In this document: positions 17,099-25,761 of the stretch, piece after piece
How the letters are laid out: every line of letters begins with the position of its first letter
Numbering within the stretch: the first letter of the stretch is position 1
NCBI GenBank assembly: GCA_964467785.1
Contig: CAYXVB010000003.1
Span: forward strand, 1-49,277
DNA length: 49,277 bases
From: an uncultured Bacteriovoracaceae bacterium
GTDB lineage: Bacteria; Bdellovibrionota; UBA1018
Reading direction: 5' to 3'
The notes under the pieces: generated by a model
Databases searched by the model: none
The model's input: only the letters and a program-made list of their open reading frames with translations
What the model was told of the DNA's origin: nothing
Position numbers and translations under genes: made by a program

Positions 17099-18529
17099 TC
17101 AGTTGGGTTTTCGAAGCGGCAGCTCGACCGTGAAGGTACTGCCCATTCCCGGAATGCTTTCGACAGAGATCGATCCATGATGGGCCTCGACCATCTTTTT
17201 CACGATGGCCAGCCCCAGGCCGGCGCTGCCCTTGCGTTGGTGGGTGGCTTGCCAGAAACGGTCGAAGATCTTGGGAATGTGCTCTTGCTGGATGCCAGGT
17301 CCCGAATCCGCGACGATGATCCTAGCGCAGGACGCCCCCGATTCGATCGTGAGCCGGACTACGCCGCCGACGGGTGAGAACTTCACGGCGTTGCCGAGGA
17401 GATTGAGGAGGATCTGAAGAAAGCTGTCCCGGTTCAGCGGAACGATCAGATCGAAGTCCATGTGCTGGACGACGAGAGCGATCTGGCTCTGGTCCGCGAC
17501 TGGACGAAGCGTCTCGACCGCCTCCCGGACAATGGGCAGGATACTTTCGGGACGTAGCTCGATGTTGAGCCCCTGCGACTCGAGTCTCGCGATCTCGAGT
17601 AGGTGATTCAGCAGGCGGTTCACTTGCTCGGTGGCTTTGCGCATGTGCTTCAACGAGCGATCGAGCAGCGGATTTCCCGCTTCGGGACATAAGGTCCGGT
17701 CGAGATAAGACAGTTGCAGTGTGATAACTGAGATCGGGTTTCTGATGTCATGAGAAATGATGTTGATCATTTCTTGCGCCGAATCCGCCCGACTCATCAG
17801 GCGCGCGTGAAGCTCCGCCATCTCGAGCGCGGAAGCGATCCGCCCCATGAACGCTTCCAGGAGCGGGGTATTGGACGCCTGGGATCTCTTGACTGTATTT
17901 ACAAAAACACCAAAGCCGGATAGCTCGCCCTCGGACAGGAGCGGAGCGACCGTCACGCAGTGGATCGGATCATCTTGCTGCAGAGGATCCAGTCGAGAGG
18001 AGTCCAGTCCCAACGAGCGGATCAATTCCGGAGTGACCTCGGTCAACTGGACCGCGCCGGCCCTGCGTGCAAGCGAAATCAACGCTTCCGAAGCAGTCTT
18101 GCGGATACATTGCCCAGATGGGGCGAACATCGCCGCCTCGTGGGCCAGCTCAAACGCGGTCGGGTCTCTCTTTAGGTAAACCGCGAAGTAGTCGGTGACC
18201 ATGTCGGTGGCGATGTTCCCGGCCACTTTGAGGATCTCCGCTTTTTCTTTGCAGAAGCGGAGTTGTCGATCCGTTTCCGCGATCATTAGCCACTGCTCCT
18301 GCAGCATCTGATCGATGATCCATTGCGCGGCCTCGACTTCGGACTGCTTGATCTGGACTTTGCGTGCGTAATGGGCGGCTAACGCAGTCGTTCCCGTCAG
18401 CGCGGTGCAGAGTGCGAAGAGTGGCGAGCTTGGCCAGCGCGCGGCGATCGCCGCGGAAAGCGGGAGACCCGCCAAGAGCACGATTCGGGCAGAAGGACGA
18501 AAGGACAGCATTGCTGCGGCAACTCTCAT
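17099..18529 (-). CDS. Membrane sensor histidine kinase
   Basis: Two N-terminal hydrophobic helices and a GAF-like middle region. H-box IISHDIRNPISVI, N-box LLGNAVKFSP, G-boxes DSGPGI and GSAGLGLAIV. Confidence 0.85.
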   Translation of the reverse strand: MRVAAAMLSFRPSARIVLLAGLPLSAAIAARWPSSPLFALCTALTGTTALAAHYARKVQIKQSEVEAAQWIIDQMLQEQWLMIAETDRQLRFCKEKAEILKVAGNIATDMVTDYFAVYLKRDPTAFELAHEAAMFAPSGQCIRKTASEALISLARRAGAVQLTEVTPELIRSLGLDSSRLDPLQQDDPIHCVTVAPLLSEGELSGFGVFVNTVKRSQASNTPLLEAFMGRIASALEMAELHARLMSRADSAQEMINIISHDIRNPISVITLQLSYLDRTLCPEAGNPLLDRSLKHMRKATEQVNRLLNHLLEIARLESQGLNIELRPESILPIVREAVETLRPVADQSQIALVVQHMDFDLIVPLNRDSFLQILLNLLGNAVKFSPVGGVVRLTIESGASCARIIVADSGPGIQQEHIPKIFDRFWQATHQRKGSAGLGLAIVKKMVEAHHGSISVESIPGMGSTFTVELPLRKPN

Positions 18530-18560
18530 TGGCTACTGCTCGTATCCTGAACTCCACGTT

Positions 18561-19406
18561 TCACGCAATCTTCTTCATGACACGGATTGGCAACTCGCGA
18601 GCCTTGAAATAGGCTTCAAACTGGCCGGCAGACGGTGCAAGTGGATCGATGTAGTATCCGACTGGAGCAAAAGCAAGCTTGCGCAGATTCAACACGCCGT
18701 TGGCGACCAGCGAGGAGGCCAGTCCCGCGGAGATCTCCACGCCCTGGACAACAAAAGGGATATGGCCGCGTCCCGCTATAGCCTCGAGGACCTGCGTCGC
18801 CATGTAATCGGGGAGTTCTGGCGTGATAAATCTTACAAATCTGGAAAAATTCTCCGTCTGATCGAGATCAGTCGAGATTCCGGACAAATCGCCAAAGCTA
18901 GGTGATTCCTTACCGAATAATACGGATACACCCATGAATCCCACCGATGCACAGCTGACTACCGGAAGCCCCTGAGCTCTGGCTCTTTCGTGAAGCGCGA
19001 GTTTCTCCTTCATCGCGAACACATCGATCGCATCGACCACCCAGGCCCGCCCCCGCAGGAACTCGTCGACATTGTCGAGCGTCACACCGTCACGGAACAT
19101 ACGGATCTGGACGTCCGGGTTAATAGCCCGCGCTTCTTCGAAAACGCATTCGTCTTTGCGGCGCCCCAAGGTGTTGGCTTTGGCAAGACGCTGCCGATTG
19201 CAATTGGTCGCCTCGTAAATGTCGGGATCCGCGATATGGAAATCGACGAAGCCCATCCGCACCAGGTTTAGGAAGACGGAACCTCCCAAGCCAAGGCCCG
19301 CGACAGCGACCGGAGTGTTCCGGATCTGGAATAGCTGTCGTCCAGACATGATTCCAATATTTCGTTTGAACAAAATTTCCGAAGAAACGGGCTGATTATC
19401 TTTCAT
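18561..19406 (-). CDS. ThiF/MoeB/HesA-family E1-like adenylyltransferase (TcdA-like size)
   Basis: The nucleotide-binding loop VAVAGLGLGGS is followed by DPDIYEATNCNRQ and VVDAIDVFAMK, the same layout as ThiF-family enzymes. It lies 31 nt upstream of the histidine kinase on the same strand. Confidence 0.75.
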   Translation of the reverse strand: MKDNQPVSSEILFKRNIGIMSGRQLFQIRNTPVAVAGLGLGGSVFLNLVRMGFVDFHIADPDIYEATNCNRQRLAKANTLGRRKDECVFEEARAINPDVQIRMFRDGVTLDNVDEFLRGRAWVVDAIDVFAMKEKLALHERARAQGLPVVSCASVGFMGVSVLFGKESPSFGDLSGISTDLDQTENFSRFVRFITPELPDYMATQVLEAIAGRGHIPFVVQGVEISAGLASSLVANGVLNLRKLAFAPVGYYIDPLAPSAGQFEAYFKARELPIRVMKKIA

Positions 19407-19414
19407 TTGAATAG

Positions 19415-19442
19415 TTGACTATACTGGTATGAAATATACAAT
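19415..19442 (+). promoter_or_regulatory. Sigma70-like promoter (TTGACT-16 nt-TACAAT) for the 19494 gene, within an AT-rich divergent intergenic region
   Basis: TTGACT lies at 19415-19420 and TACAAT at 19437-19442, about 50 nt upstream of the ATG. The surrounding 87-nt spacer is conspicuously AT-rich compared with the flanking DNA. Confidence 0.5.
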
Positions 19443-19493
19443 AGAAAATATATCTTCATATTTGGCAACTTTTTAAGGGGGCATCGGTACGCT

Positions 19494-20255
19494 ATGTTTG
19501 ACCTCAATTCGGCCGAAGGTTACAGGATGGTGGTTTTGGAATGTCCGTACGATCATATGGAGAACGAGGCGACTCGGGAGCTATTCTCCAAAGTGATCGC
19601 ATTGAAGATCGCCGGATATAAACCCCACTACGATTATGGCGTGCTTCCGGTGGACACGACGGACTACGTGGGGACTCATCTTTTGATTTGCACTACGAAG
19701 GACGGGGAGTTGATTCCGGTCACCGGTTGCAGGACGATCACCTTGGCGCGAAGCGAGCGGCATGGACTGACGTTTCCCGGGCTCGGGCTTGTCCAGGCAT
19801 CCCGTGCGCCGGAGCACGTGCTGACGGTACAGGAGTGGGTCGCGGAGGCTCGGAAGACCAACTCACCCCTGAGCTATGCAAGTTCCTGGACAGTCAGCCC
19901 GGACGTGCCGCAGGAGTCGAAGTCGCAGAGGAGCCTGCTGCGATCCCTGTTCGAAGCCATTCACGTCTTTCATCACACGGAAAACCAGCTCAACAGGATC
20001 ATCGTGGGCGGCACGCTTCGATTCAAGACCGATCACGTTTTCAAGGCATGGGGACACGAACCGTTGTCGCTGAACGGCAAGGTGCTCGGACCGATCCAGG
20101 TTCCGACCCTGCTCGACGAGGATGTCGCCGTCATGACGATGACCCGCTTTAATGAGGAGACTCTGCAAAGGGTCGAGCGTTGGCGCGGGATGTGGAACCG
20201 GCGGATCACCCTCAGTGCCGATACGGTCGATCGGACTTTGCGGCGGGTGGCGTGA
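19494..20255 (+). CDS. GNAT-fold LuxI / N-acyl amino acid synthase-like protein (tentative)
   Basis: RELFSKVIALKIAGY...LPVDTTDYVGTHLLICTTKDGELIPVTGCRTITL follows the layout R..xF...(D/E)xD..D...Y....G.(C)R(L) seen in acyl-HSL synthases and FeeM-type N-acyl synthases. The call rests on motif-level similarity only. Confidence 0.35.
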   Translation: MFDLNSAEGYRMVVLECPYDHMENEATRELFSKVIALKIAGYKPHYDYGVLPVDTTDYVGTHLLICTTKDGELIPVTGCRTITLARSERHGLTFPGLGLVQASRAPEHVLTVQEWVAEARKTNSPLSYASSWTVSPDVPQESKSQRSLLRSLFEAIHVFHHTENQLNRIIVGGTLRFKTDHVFKAWGHEPLSLNGKVLGPIQVPTLLDEDVAVMTMTRFNEETLQRVERWRGMWNRRITLSADTVDRTLRRVA

Positions 20256-21081
20256 GCTCTCGGGCTCTTTGGGCCACGAGCCGCTGGGCTTCGCTGAAGT
20301 CGATATGAAATCTGCAGAATTCTTCGCCGCGATGCTCGCAGTGGGTCTCCTCGACCCGTGCGAAAGGAAGCCCTAAGTAATGTGGAGCGGATGCGAAGAT
20401 GCCGGCCTTGAGCGCGCAAATGTGCTCGTTTCCGAGCTTTCGGACGCGCAAGAGGTCGGCGATTTGCGGATTGGAGCGGACTTGGACCTGGCAATGGGAT
20501 TCCGAGAGTTGGGAGATCTGGTAGTTGCAGTTCTGCTCGTAGAACTTCTGCAGGTCGCCGAACATGCGCTCGTAGATCTGTGAAGGCGAAGTAGTGCTGG
20601 CGAATGCGACCGAAAGAACAGAGCGAGCGTTGTTGCGCGCGGAGGAAACGCCGATGTTGAAAACGTCATTTCGGGAAAACCCTTCGAATCGTGCCAAAGA
20701 TTCGCAAAGGTCGCTGATCAGACGAATGCTGACGGGGGCCATCGAATCGCCAAGAGCGCCGTCCTTGATATGCAGGCGTCGGAGCGCCCTTTGTCGCGAT
20801 TCCTTGCCACCGCGTCGTTCCAGGTACCTGAGAACGTCCAATGTGGATCTTTGGCGTCCGAACATGGCGATTGCATACCGTTCTGGAAGCGCGGTCGCGG
20901 GCCGGAGCCGAAACTCGGAGCCAGCATGCGCCTGGTGCCGGACTCCTGGGTTGAGGCGCAACCCCTCGATCAAGGCACGGGACGAAGTGGAGTGGAAGGT
21001 GTGATCGCCGGAGGAACCTGCGGTTTCAGGTCCCCGTCGTCTAGGAGCAGTTTCAGATTTACGTAGCGTGATCCACTTCAT
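20212..21081 (-). CDS. V4R-like (4-vinyl reductase-type) small-molecule-binding domain protein
   Basis: The C-terminus CALKAGIFASAPHYLGLPFARVEETHCEHRGEEFCRFHIDF matches the V4R pattern C..xG......V.E..C...G...C.F. The Arg-rich N-terminal roughly 100 aa may not be translated; internal Met codons are possible starts. Confidence 0.4.
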   Translation of the reverse strand: MKWITLRKSETAPRRRGPETAGSSGDHTFHSTSSRALIEGLRLNPGVRHQAHAGSEFRLRPATALPERYAIAMFGRQRSTLDVLRYLERRGGKESRQRALRRLHIKDGALGDSMAPVSIRLISDLCESLARFEGFSRNDVFNIGVSSARNNARSVLSVAFASTTSPSQIYERMFGDLQKFYEQNCNYQISQLSESHCQVQVRSNPQIADLLRVRKLGNEHICALKAGIFASAPHYLGLPFARVEETHCEHRGEEFCRFHIDFSEAQRLVAQRARELTPPAAKSDRPYRH

Positions 21082-21154
21082 TCGGGTGCGCAGCGTTTAA
21101 CATGAGGGGCGCCCCAGGGCAATGGTAACCGCTTGGATCAGATCGCTTCTTTGA

Positions 21155-21667
21155 ATGGGAGTATTACACATGGAATTCCATAACGTTTCAATGGCGGCGT
21201 TTTCTGGTGTGCTGGCGACCCTTACCATGGACTCGGTCGCGGTAGCGTTGGGGCTCTCGGGCCTGATCCGTTTGAAGGGGCATGCAGTGGTTCCGGCGCT
21301 GCTCGGGCGATGGGTGATCAAGGTGGGCCAGGGGGCGGGACTCTGTTCAAACCTCCTCGCGGAGCCAGCCTATCCAGGGGAGGTGAGGACGGGCTGGATC
21401 GCTCATTACGCCATTGGTAGCGTGTTGGGAATCCTCTATGCCTATTATAGGGGCTCCCAATGGAGTGGTGGCCTGAGCGGTTGGCAGACAGGAGGCATCT
21501 ATGGGCTGGCAACCTGCCTTCTTCCCTGGCTACTGATGTACAAGGCGGTTGGATTTGGAATGTTTGGGGCGCGCACGCCGGTCCAAGGGATGCTGCTGAT
21601 CTCAAGCGTTTTGAATCATTTAGTATATGGAATCACACTCGGATTAGTTTATTTCAAAATAATATAA
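21155..21667 (+). CDS. DUF2938-like integral membrane protein
   Basis: There are four to five hydrophobic helices. LLGRWV....EP..GE...GWIAHYAIG resembles the DUF2938 core as recalled from memory. The start is ATG 21155 or 21170. Confidence 0.5.
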   Translation: MGVLHMEFHNVSMAAFSGVLATLTMDSVAVALGLSGLIRLKGHAVVPALLGRWVIKVGQGAGLCSNLLAEPAYPGEVRTGWIAHYAIGSVLGILYAYYRGSQWSGGLSGWQTGGIYGLATCLLPWLLMYKAVGFGMFGARTPVQGMLLISSVLNHLVYGITLGLVYFKII

Positions 21668-21749
21668 GAAAGTCCGGTCAAACGGTCAGTCTCGGTTTTG
21701 ACATCAAGCGCATAGCCCGCTAAGGATAAACCTTTCTGACGAGGTTAAT

Positions 21750-22121
21750 ATGTTGACTGACCGGCGCAATCCCATCCTTCTTGTCGAGGACGACGAAGCC
21801 CTGAGAAGGGTCTTTCGCGATATTTTGGTGGATGCCGGTTATTCGGTGATGGAGGCTCCGGGTGGAAACGAGGCCTACGCGCTCTATCAGCAAAATCGTT
21901 TTTCGGCCGTCATCTCCGACCTTCGGATGCCGGACGGGGACGGCATGACGCTACTGAAGCGCGTTCGAAGCTCCAACCAGCCAGATACGGCTTTTTTCCT
22001 CATGACTGGGAACTCGCATGTCGGAGCCGTCGAGCTGGTGGAATCCGGGGCGACGGGAATCATCAGAAAGCCGTTCGACATCGAGGGTTTCATGCGCACC
22101 CTTGAAGTCGCCATTCGGTGA
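21750..22121 (+). CDS. Stand-alone CheY-like response regulator receiver
   Basis: ILLVEDDE, the phospho-acceptor context AVISDLRMPDGDG and IIRKPF. At 123 aa it has no output domain. Confidence 0.9.
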   Translation: MLTDRRNPILLVEDDEALRRVFRDILVDAGYSVMEAPGGNEAYALYQQNRFSAVISDLRMPDGDGMTLLKRVRSSNQPDTAFFLMTGNSHVGAVELVESGATGIIRKPFDIEGFMRTLEVAIR

Positions 22122-22134
22122 TAAAATCCGAACC

Positions 22135-23322
22135 ATGGGTACCCGGACGGCGCTGATCCTCGCGACATTCGTATTCGGCACCTTGCCTGCGATCAGCATC
22201 GCTAACCGATTGGCTGAGCAGATGGCCAATCGGGATTGGACCGTGTTGGAACTCTTGTTCCTGGTCGTCGGGATGGTGTTCCTCTCGTGGGTCAGCATCC
22301 GACTGGTCACTTCCTTGGTGACTCAGCCTTTGATGAATCTTGTTTCGACGAGCGAATTGAAGGCGCGCGCGCGCCATGCCCGGGCCGTCGCCGGGTCTCG
22401 ATTGACCGCCGCGGAAGAGCTTGGCGCCGCGATCGCGCATGAAGTGAACACGCCTTTGGCGACTATCACTCTCGCCCTCTTCAGTCTGCGGCGCAGTTTG
22501 CGCAGGCTGGGCGCCAACGGAACGGAGCTGCACCGGCGAATCGACGACATCGAGGTAACCTGCAATCGGATCGGGGAGATCGTGGCGGGGCTCTGCGAAG
22601 TGTCCCGGGATGCGACCAGCGATCCGCTCGAGCTTGTGCGGTTTGGGGACTTCGCCGATTATCTGTCGAAGCTGAATCAGGAAAGACTGGTTCGAAAGGG
22701 GATCCGGCTCGTCGTGCGGGAGACCCGAGATGCGGCGAGCGCGGTGGTGCTTTGTCGAAAACTGGAGATCGTGCAGCTGATGTTGAACATCTTCTACGAC
22801 GCCCTCGACGCCGCCGAGTACAGCGATGAAAAGTGGATCGCCGTGGAGGGCTCGGTCTCGGACGGAGAACTATTGATCGGAATATCGATCAGCCGTTGGG
22901 GCCTTGGAGCGGAGGAGTTGGATCGTCTGTCGGGCTCCTGCTTTTGCGCGTCGAAAGAATCGCTGAGTGCGGCGCAGTCGGGGCTCTCGCTGTCTCGTGG
23001 AATCGCGGAACGCTATGGCGGCGACATCCACCTGGACCGAGTCGGCGCGAATCTACGGGTGATGGTGAGCCTACCGTTGGCTGGCTCAGGAGCTGGCGGA
23101 GCTGTAGCTGCGCAGCGCACGATTCCAGGACAAGATGACGATCGTGAGGAACAGGATCGAGATGCCGAACATGTGCAGGAGCAAGCGCGCAGTGTCGCCC
23201 TGTCCGCGATCGATGATGAGGCGCGCTGGAAACGAGGCGATGACGGCGAATGGAAGGACAAGCGTCAGGACGCTTCGGACCACGCCGCGGTAGATCGTGT
23301 CCGGGCGCTCGCCGAATTTTGA
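22135..23322 (+). CDS. Membrane histidine kinase with an unusual C-terminal extension
   Basis: ATG at 22135 lies 13 nt after the receiver gene stop. Two hydrophobic helices, H-box AIAHEVNTPLATI, N-box-like MLNIFYDALDA and G2-like SGLSLSRGIAERYGG. The frame stays open for about 80 codons beyond the kinase core, running antisense into the ABC permease gene. Confidence 0.75.
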   Translation: MGTRTALILATFVFGTLPAISIANRLAEQMANRDWTVLELLFLVVGMVFLSWVSIRLVTSLVTQPLMNLVSTSELKARARHARAVAGSRLTAAEELGAAIAHEVNTPLATITLALFSLRRSLRRLGANGTELHRRIDDIEVTCNRIGEIVAGLCEVSRDATSDPLELVRFGDFADYLSKLNQERLVRKGIRLVVRETRDAASAVVLCRKLEIVQLMLNIFYDALDAAEYSDEKWIAVEGSVSDGELLIGISISRWGLGAEELDRLSGSCFCASKESLSAAQSGLSLSRGIAERYGGDIHLDRVGANLRVMVSLPLAGSGAGGAVAAQRTIPGQDDDREEQDRDAEHVQEQARSVALSAIDDEARWKRGDDGEWKDKRQDASDHAAVDRVRALAEF

Positions 23323-23910
23323 TAAGCTCCAGATGATTTCGGAAAATCCAGAACCGCCTCCCTGGCTCCAGAACACGAGCATGTTGGCCAGGATATTGAG
23401 GCAATAAAAGATCACCGTGCCGTTGAGAAGGCAGAGCAGAAAGAGTGTAACGCGCCCCGCGCCGGGCCAGACCGGCAACCGCGCGAGCGCCCAGGCCAGG
23501 ATGCCCAAGGCGCAGAGCAGATTGATAAAGGAGCTCGCGGCAAAATCCCGGAGACTCAGGAAAAAAAGCGAGGAAACGGGCCGGACCAGATAGTAATCGA
23601 GCTCGCCTTTGTTGATGAGAAGGGGCAGGTTCCACATATTGCTCGAGAAAATCGTCATGTTGAGCGCGTCCACGATGAGAGAGCCAGCGACGAATACCAT
23701 CGCGTGCCGTTCGTCCCAACCCCCCAGATCAGGGGTGTGCAGGTAGATCACCTTGAAAAAGGCGAGCGCCACCGCATAGTAAACGATGTCCATGATGATC
23801 CGCATGACGAAGTCGAAGCGGAACTCAAAGGCCTTTCCGAAGGAAAACTCCAGGAATCGCCCGTACAGACGGACGTAACGGGCGAAGGTGGAGAGGGCTT
23901 CGGCGATCAT
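23086..23910 (-). CDS. ABC-2 family transporter permease (DUF990-type)
   Basis: Start at ATG 23910, which overlaps the upstream gene stop (ATGA). Six hydrophobic helices. The C-terminal W..ALRSYSSASS resembles the DUF990 tail. Confidence 0.7.
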   Translation of the reverse strand: MIAEALSTFARYVRLYGRFLEFSFGKAFEFRFDFVMRIIMDIVYYAVALAFFKVIYLHTPDLGGWDERHAMVFVAGSLIVDALNMTIFSSNMWNLPLLINKGELDYYLVRPVSSLFFLSLRDFAASSFINLLCALGILAWALARLPVWPGAGRVTLFLLCLLNGTVIFYCLNILANMLVFWSQGGGSGFSEIIWSLSKFGERPDTIYRGVVRSVLTLVLPFAVIASFPARLIIDRGQGDTARLLLHMFGISILFLTIVILSWNRALRSYSSASS

Positions 23911-24742
23911 ATGCCGACTCCCGAATATTGGCGGGTGCCGCGTCTCCAGAGCCAGGAGAACAGGAGCGCCGAGAGCGCGGCCCATATCCCCAGGAGCAGC
24001 GCGGAGCGGAGCCACTCGATCCAGGTCACTTGGCCCATGAAACATCGGATCGGAAACGCGAACAGGGACGGAAACGGCGTCAGCTCGACGAGTTGGCGCG
24101 CGCGCGCCGGGAAGAAGGCCAGCGGGATGAGAACCCCGCCCAGAAGGCTACTGATGAAACGGAGCATGGCCATGAGGTTCCAGACTGTGTCTTGCCAGAA
24201 GGCGATCAGCTCGAGGCAACCATTGATCAAAAACAGCGTGAGCCCGCACAGCATTGCCGTGAAGAGGCCGAGCGCGACGCCGCCCGGGCTGATCGTGAGC
24301 TCTGGGGGTTGCCCCAGATGGAGATCGCGACCGCGAGGCCGAAGAGCAGCTGGCTCGAGGCGATGAGCTGCTGGGCAAAGAGAGCCACGCATTTGTAGCC
24401 GCTGAAGGAGAGCGGATAGAGGAGGTAACGGTTGAGGCTACCATCGTAGATTTCCGTGGAGATGGAGCCTTGGAGGGAGCCCCACACGACGCGAGAGCCA
24501 AGGGCTGCGAAGAGGTAGTAGTACAGGATGCCGTGGAAGCTGTAACCCGCGAGCGTCTTGATGCCGGGTCCGGAAGGCGCGCGGGCGAAGAGCGCTTCCC
24601 AGAGGAAATACGCGATCGTGAGCTCGGTCAAAGTGCCCAAGATGTGGCGGATCCAGAAGGTCACTCGATAGGTCAGCGCCTTTTTCAGCTCGATCGCCAG
24701 GACCTGGGGGGCCCAGCCGAGGGCCTCGGACGTCCAGGTCAC
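23907..24742 (-). pseudogene. ABC-2 family transporter permease (DUF990-type) interrupted by a 1-nt frameshift
   Basis: ORF 24227-24742 (..LFGLAVAISIWGNP) and ORF 23907-24392 (..PPELTISPGGVALGLF..) are the two halves of one roughly 275-aa permease. They join if one C is added to the C5 run (plus-strand G5 at 24304-24308). There are ATGA overlaps with both neighbouring genes. Confidence 0.65.
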
Positions 24743-25761
24743 GGGCGGGAGCCCTCGCGCAACAGCGCTTCGATGATCTCGGAAATGTCGACTTCTTCGA
24801 TGAGCAGGTCAGCGACGTTCCCTCGTTGCAGGAGCAGCGAAGCTGCTTCCGGCACCTTGTCGCGCGCTACTTTGACGCGGATCTGTTCGCTGTCTTGCTG
24901 GACGATCTCTCCGAGCGCAGCGGGCAGGGCGAGGAGGCCGGGGGCCGAGGATGACTTTGGCGAGGCCGGCGCGGAAGAATCGAGCTTGGCGGTGATGATC
25001 TTGTGGCGGGCAAAACGGCTCGTGATGTTCGACAGCGGTCCGTCGTAGACGAACTCGCCTTCGCGAATGATGACGATGCGCTGGCAGAGTTTCTCGATGT
25101 CTTCCATGTAATGGGAGGTGAGGATCATGGCGGGCTGCCGCTCGCGCGAGTCGGTGAGAATGAACTCGCGGATCGCCTTTTGGGCGGTAAGGTCGAGTCC
25201 GATGGTGGGTTCGTCGAGGTACACCACCCGGGGATCGTGCAAGAGCGCGGCGATCAGTTCCATTTTCATCCGCTCTCCCAGGGAGAGGCGGCGGATCTGG
25301 GTGTTGAGCTGGCCGCTCACTCCGAGCGCGTCCACCAGCCGCGAGAGCGAGGCTTTGAAACGTTGATCCGGAATGCGGTAGATTTCCTTGAGCAGGAGAA
25401 AGCAGTCCTCGGCCGGCAGGTCCCACCAGAGTTGCGCTTTCTGGCCCATGATCAGCGCGATCTGGCGTCGGAACTCCGTGGCGCGCTCCCAAGGCGTGTG
25501 TCCCAGGACTTGGGCGCTTCCGCCGGAGGGATGGACGATGCCGGAGAGGATCTTGACCAAGGTCGTCTTACCCGCGCCGTTCGCTCCGACCAGCCCTACG
25601 ATCTCGCCAGCCCGGACTTCGAGCGAAACGCCTTTGAGTGCCTGCTTTTCTTGCCAGTTACGATGGAAGAGGGCTTTGACCGAACCTTTGAGGCCGGCCT
25701 CTTTTTTATGGAAGCGGAAGGATTTTTGGAGGCCGTGGACCTCGATCATGGGGCTACTCAT
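24739..25761 (-). CDS. ABC transporter ATP-binding protein
   Basis: Walker A GANGAGKTT, signature LSLGERMK and Walker B VVYLDEPTIGLD. A C-terminal extra domain is present. Its stop overlaps the permease start (ATGA). Confidence 0.92.
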   Translation of the reverse strand: MSSPMIEVHGLQKSFRFHKKEAGLKGSVKALFHRNWQEKQALKGVSLEVRAGEIVGLVGANGAGKTTLVKILSGIVHPSGGSAQVLGHTPWERATEFRRQIALIMGQKAQLWWDLPAEDCFLLLKEIYRIPDQRFKASLSRLVDALGVSGQLNTQIRRLSLGERMKMELIAALLHDPRVVYLDEPTIGLDLTAQKAIREFILTDSRERQPAMILTSHYMEDIEKLCQRIVIIREGEFVYDGPLSNITSRFARHKIITAKLDSSAPASPKSSSAPGLLALPAALGEIVQQDSEQIRVKVARDKVPEAASLLLQRGNVADLLIEEVDISEIIEALLREGSRP

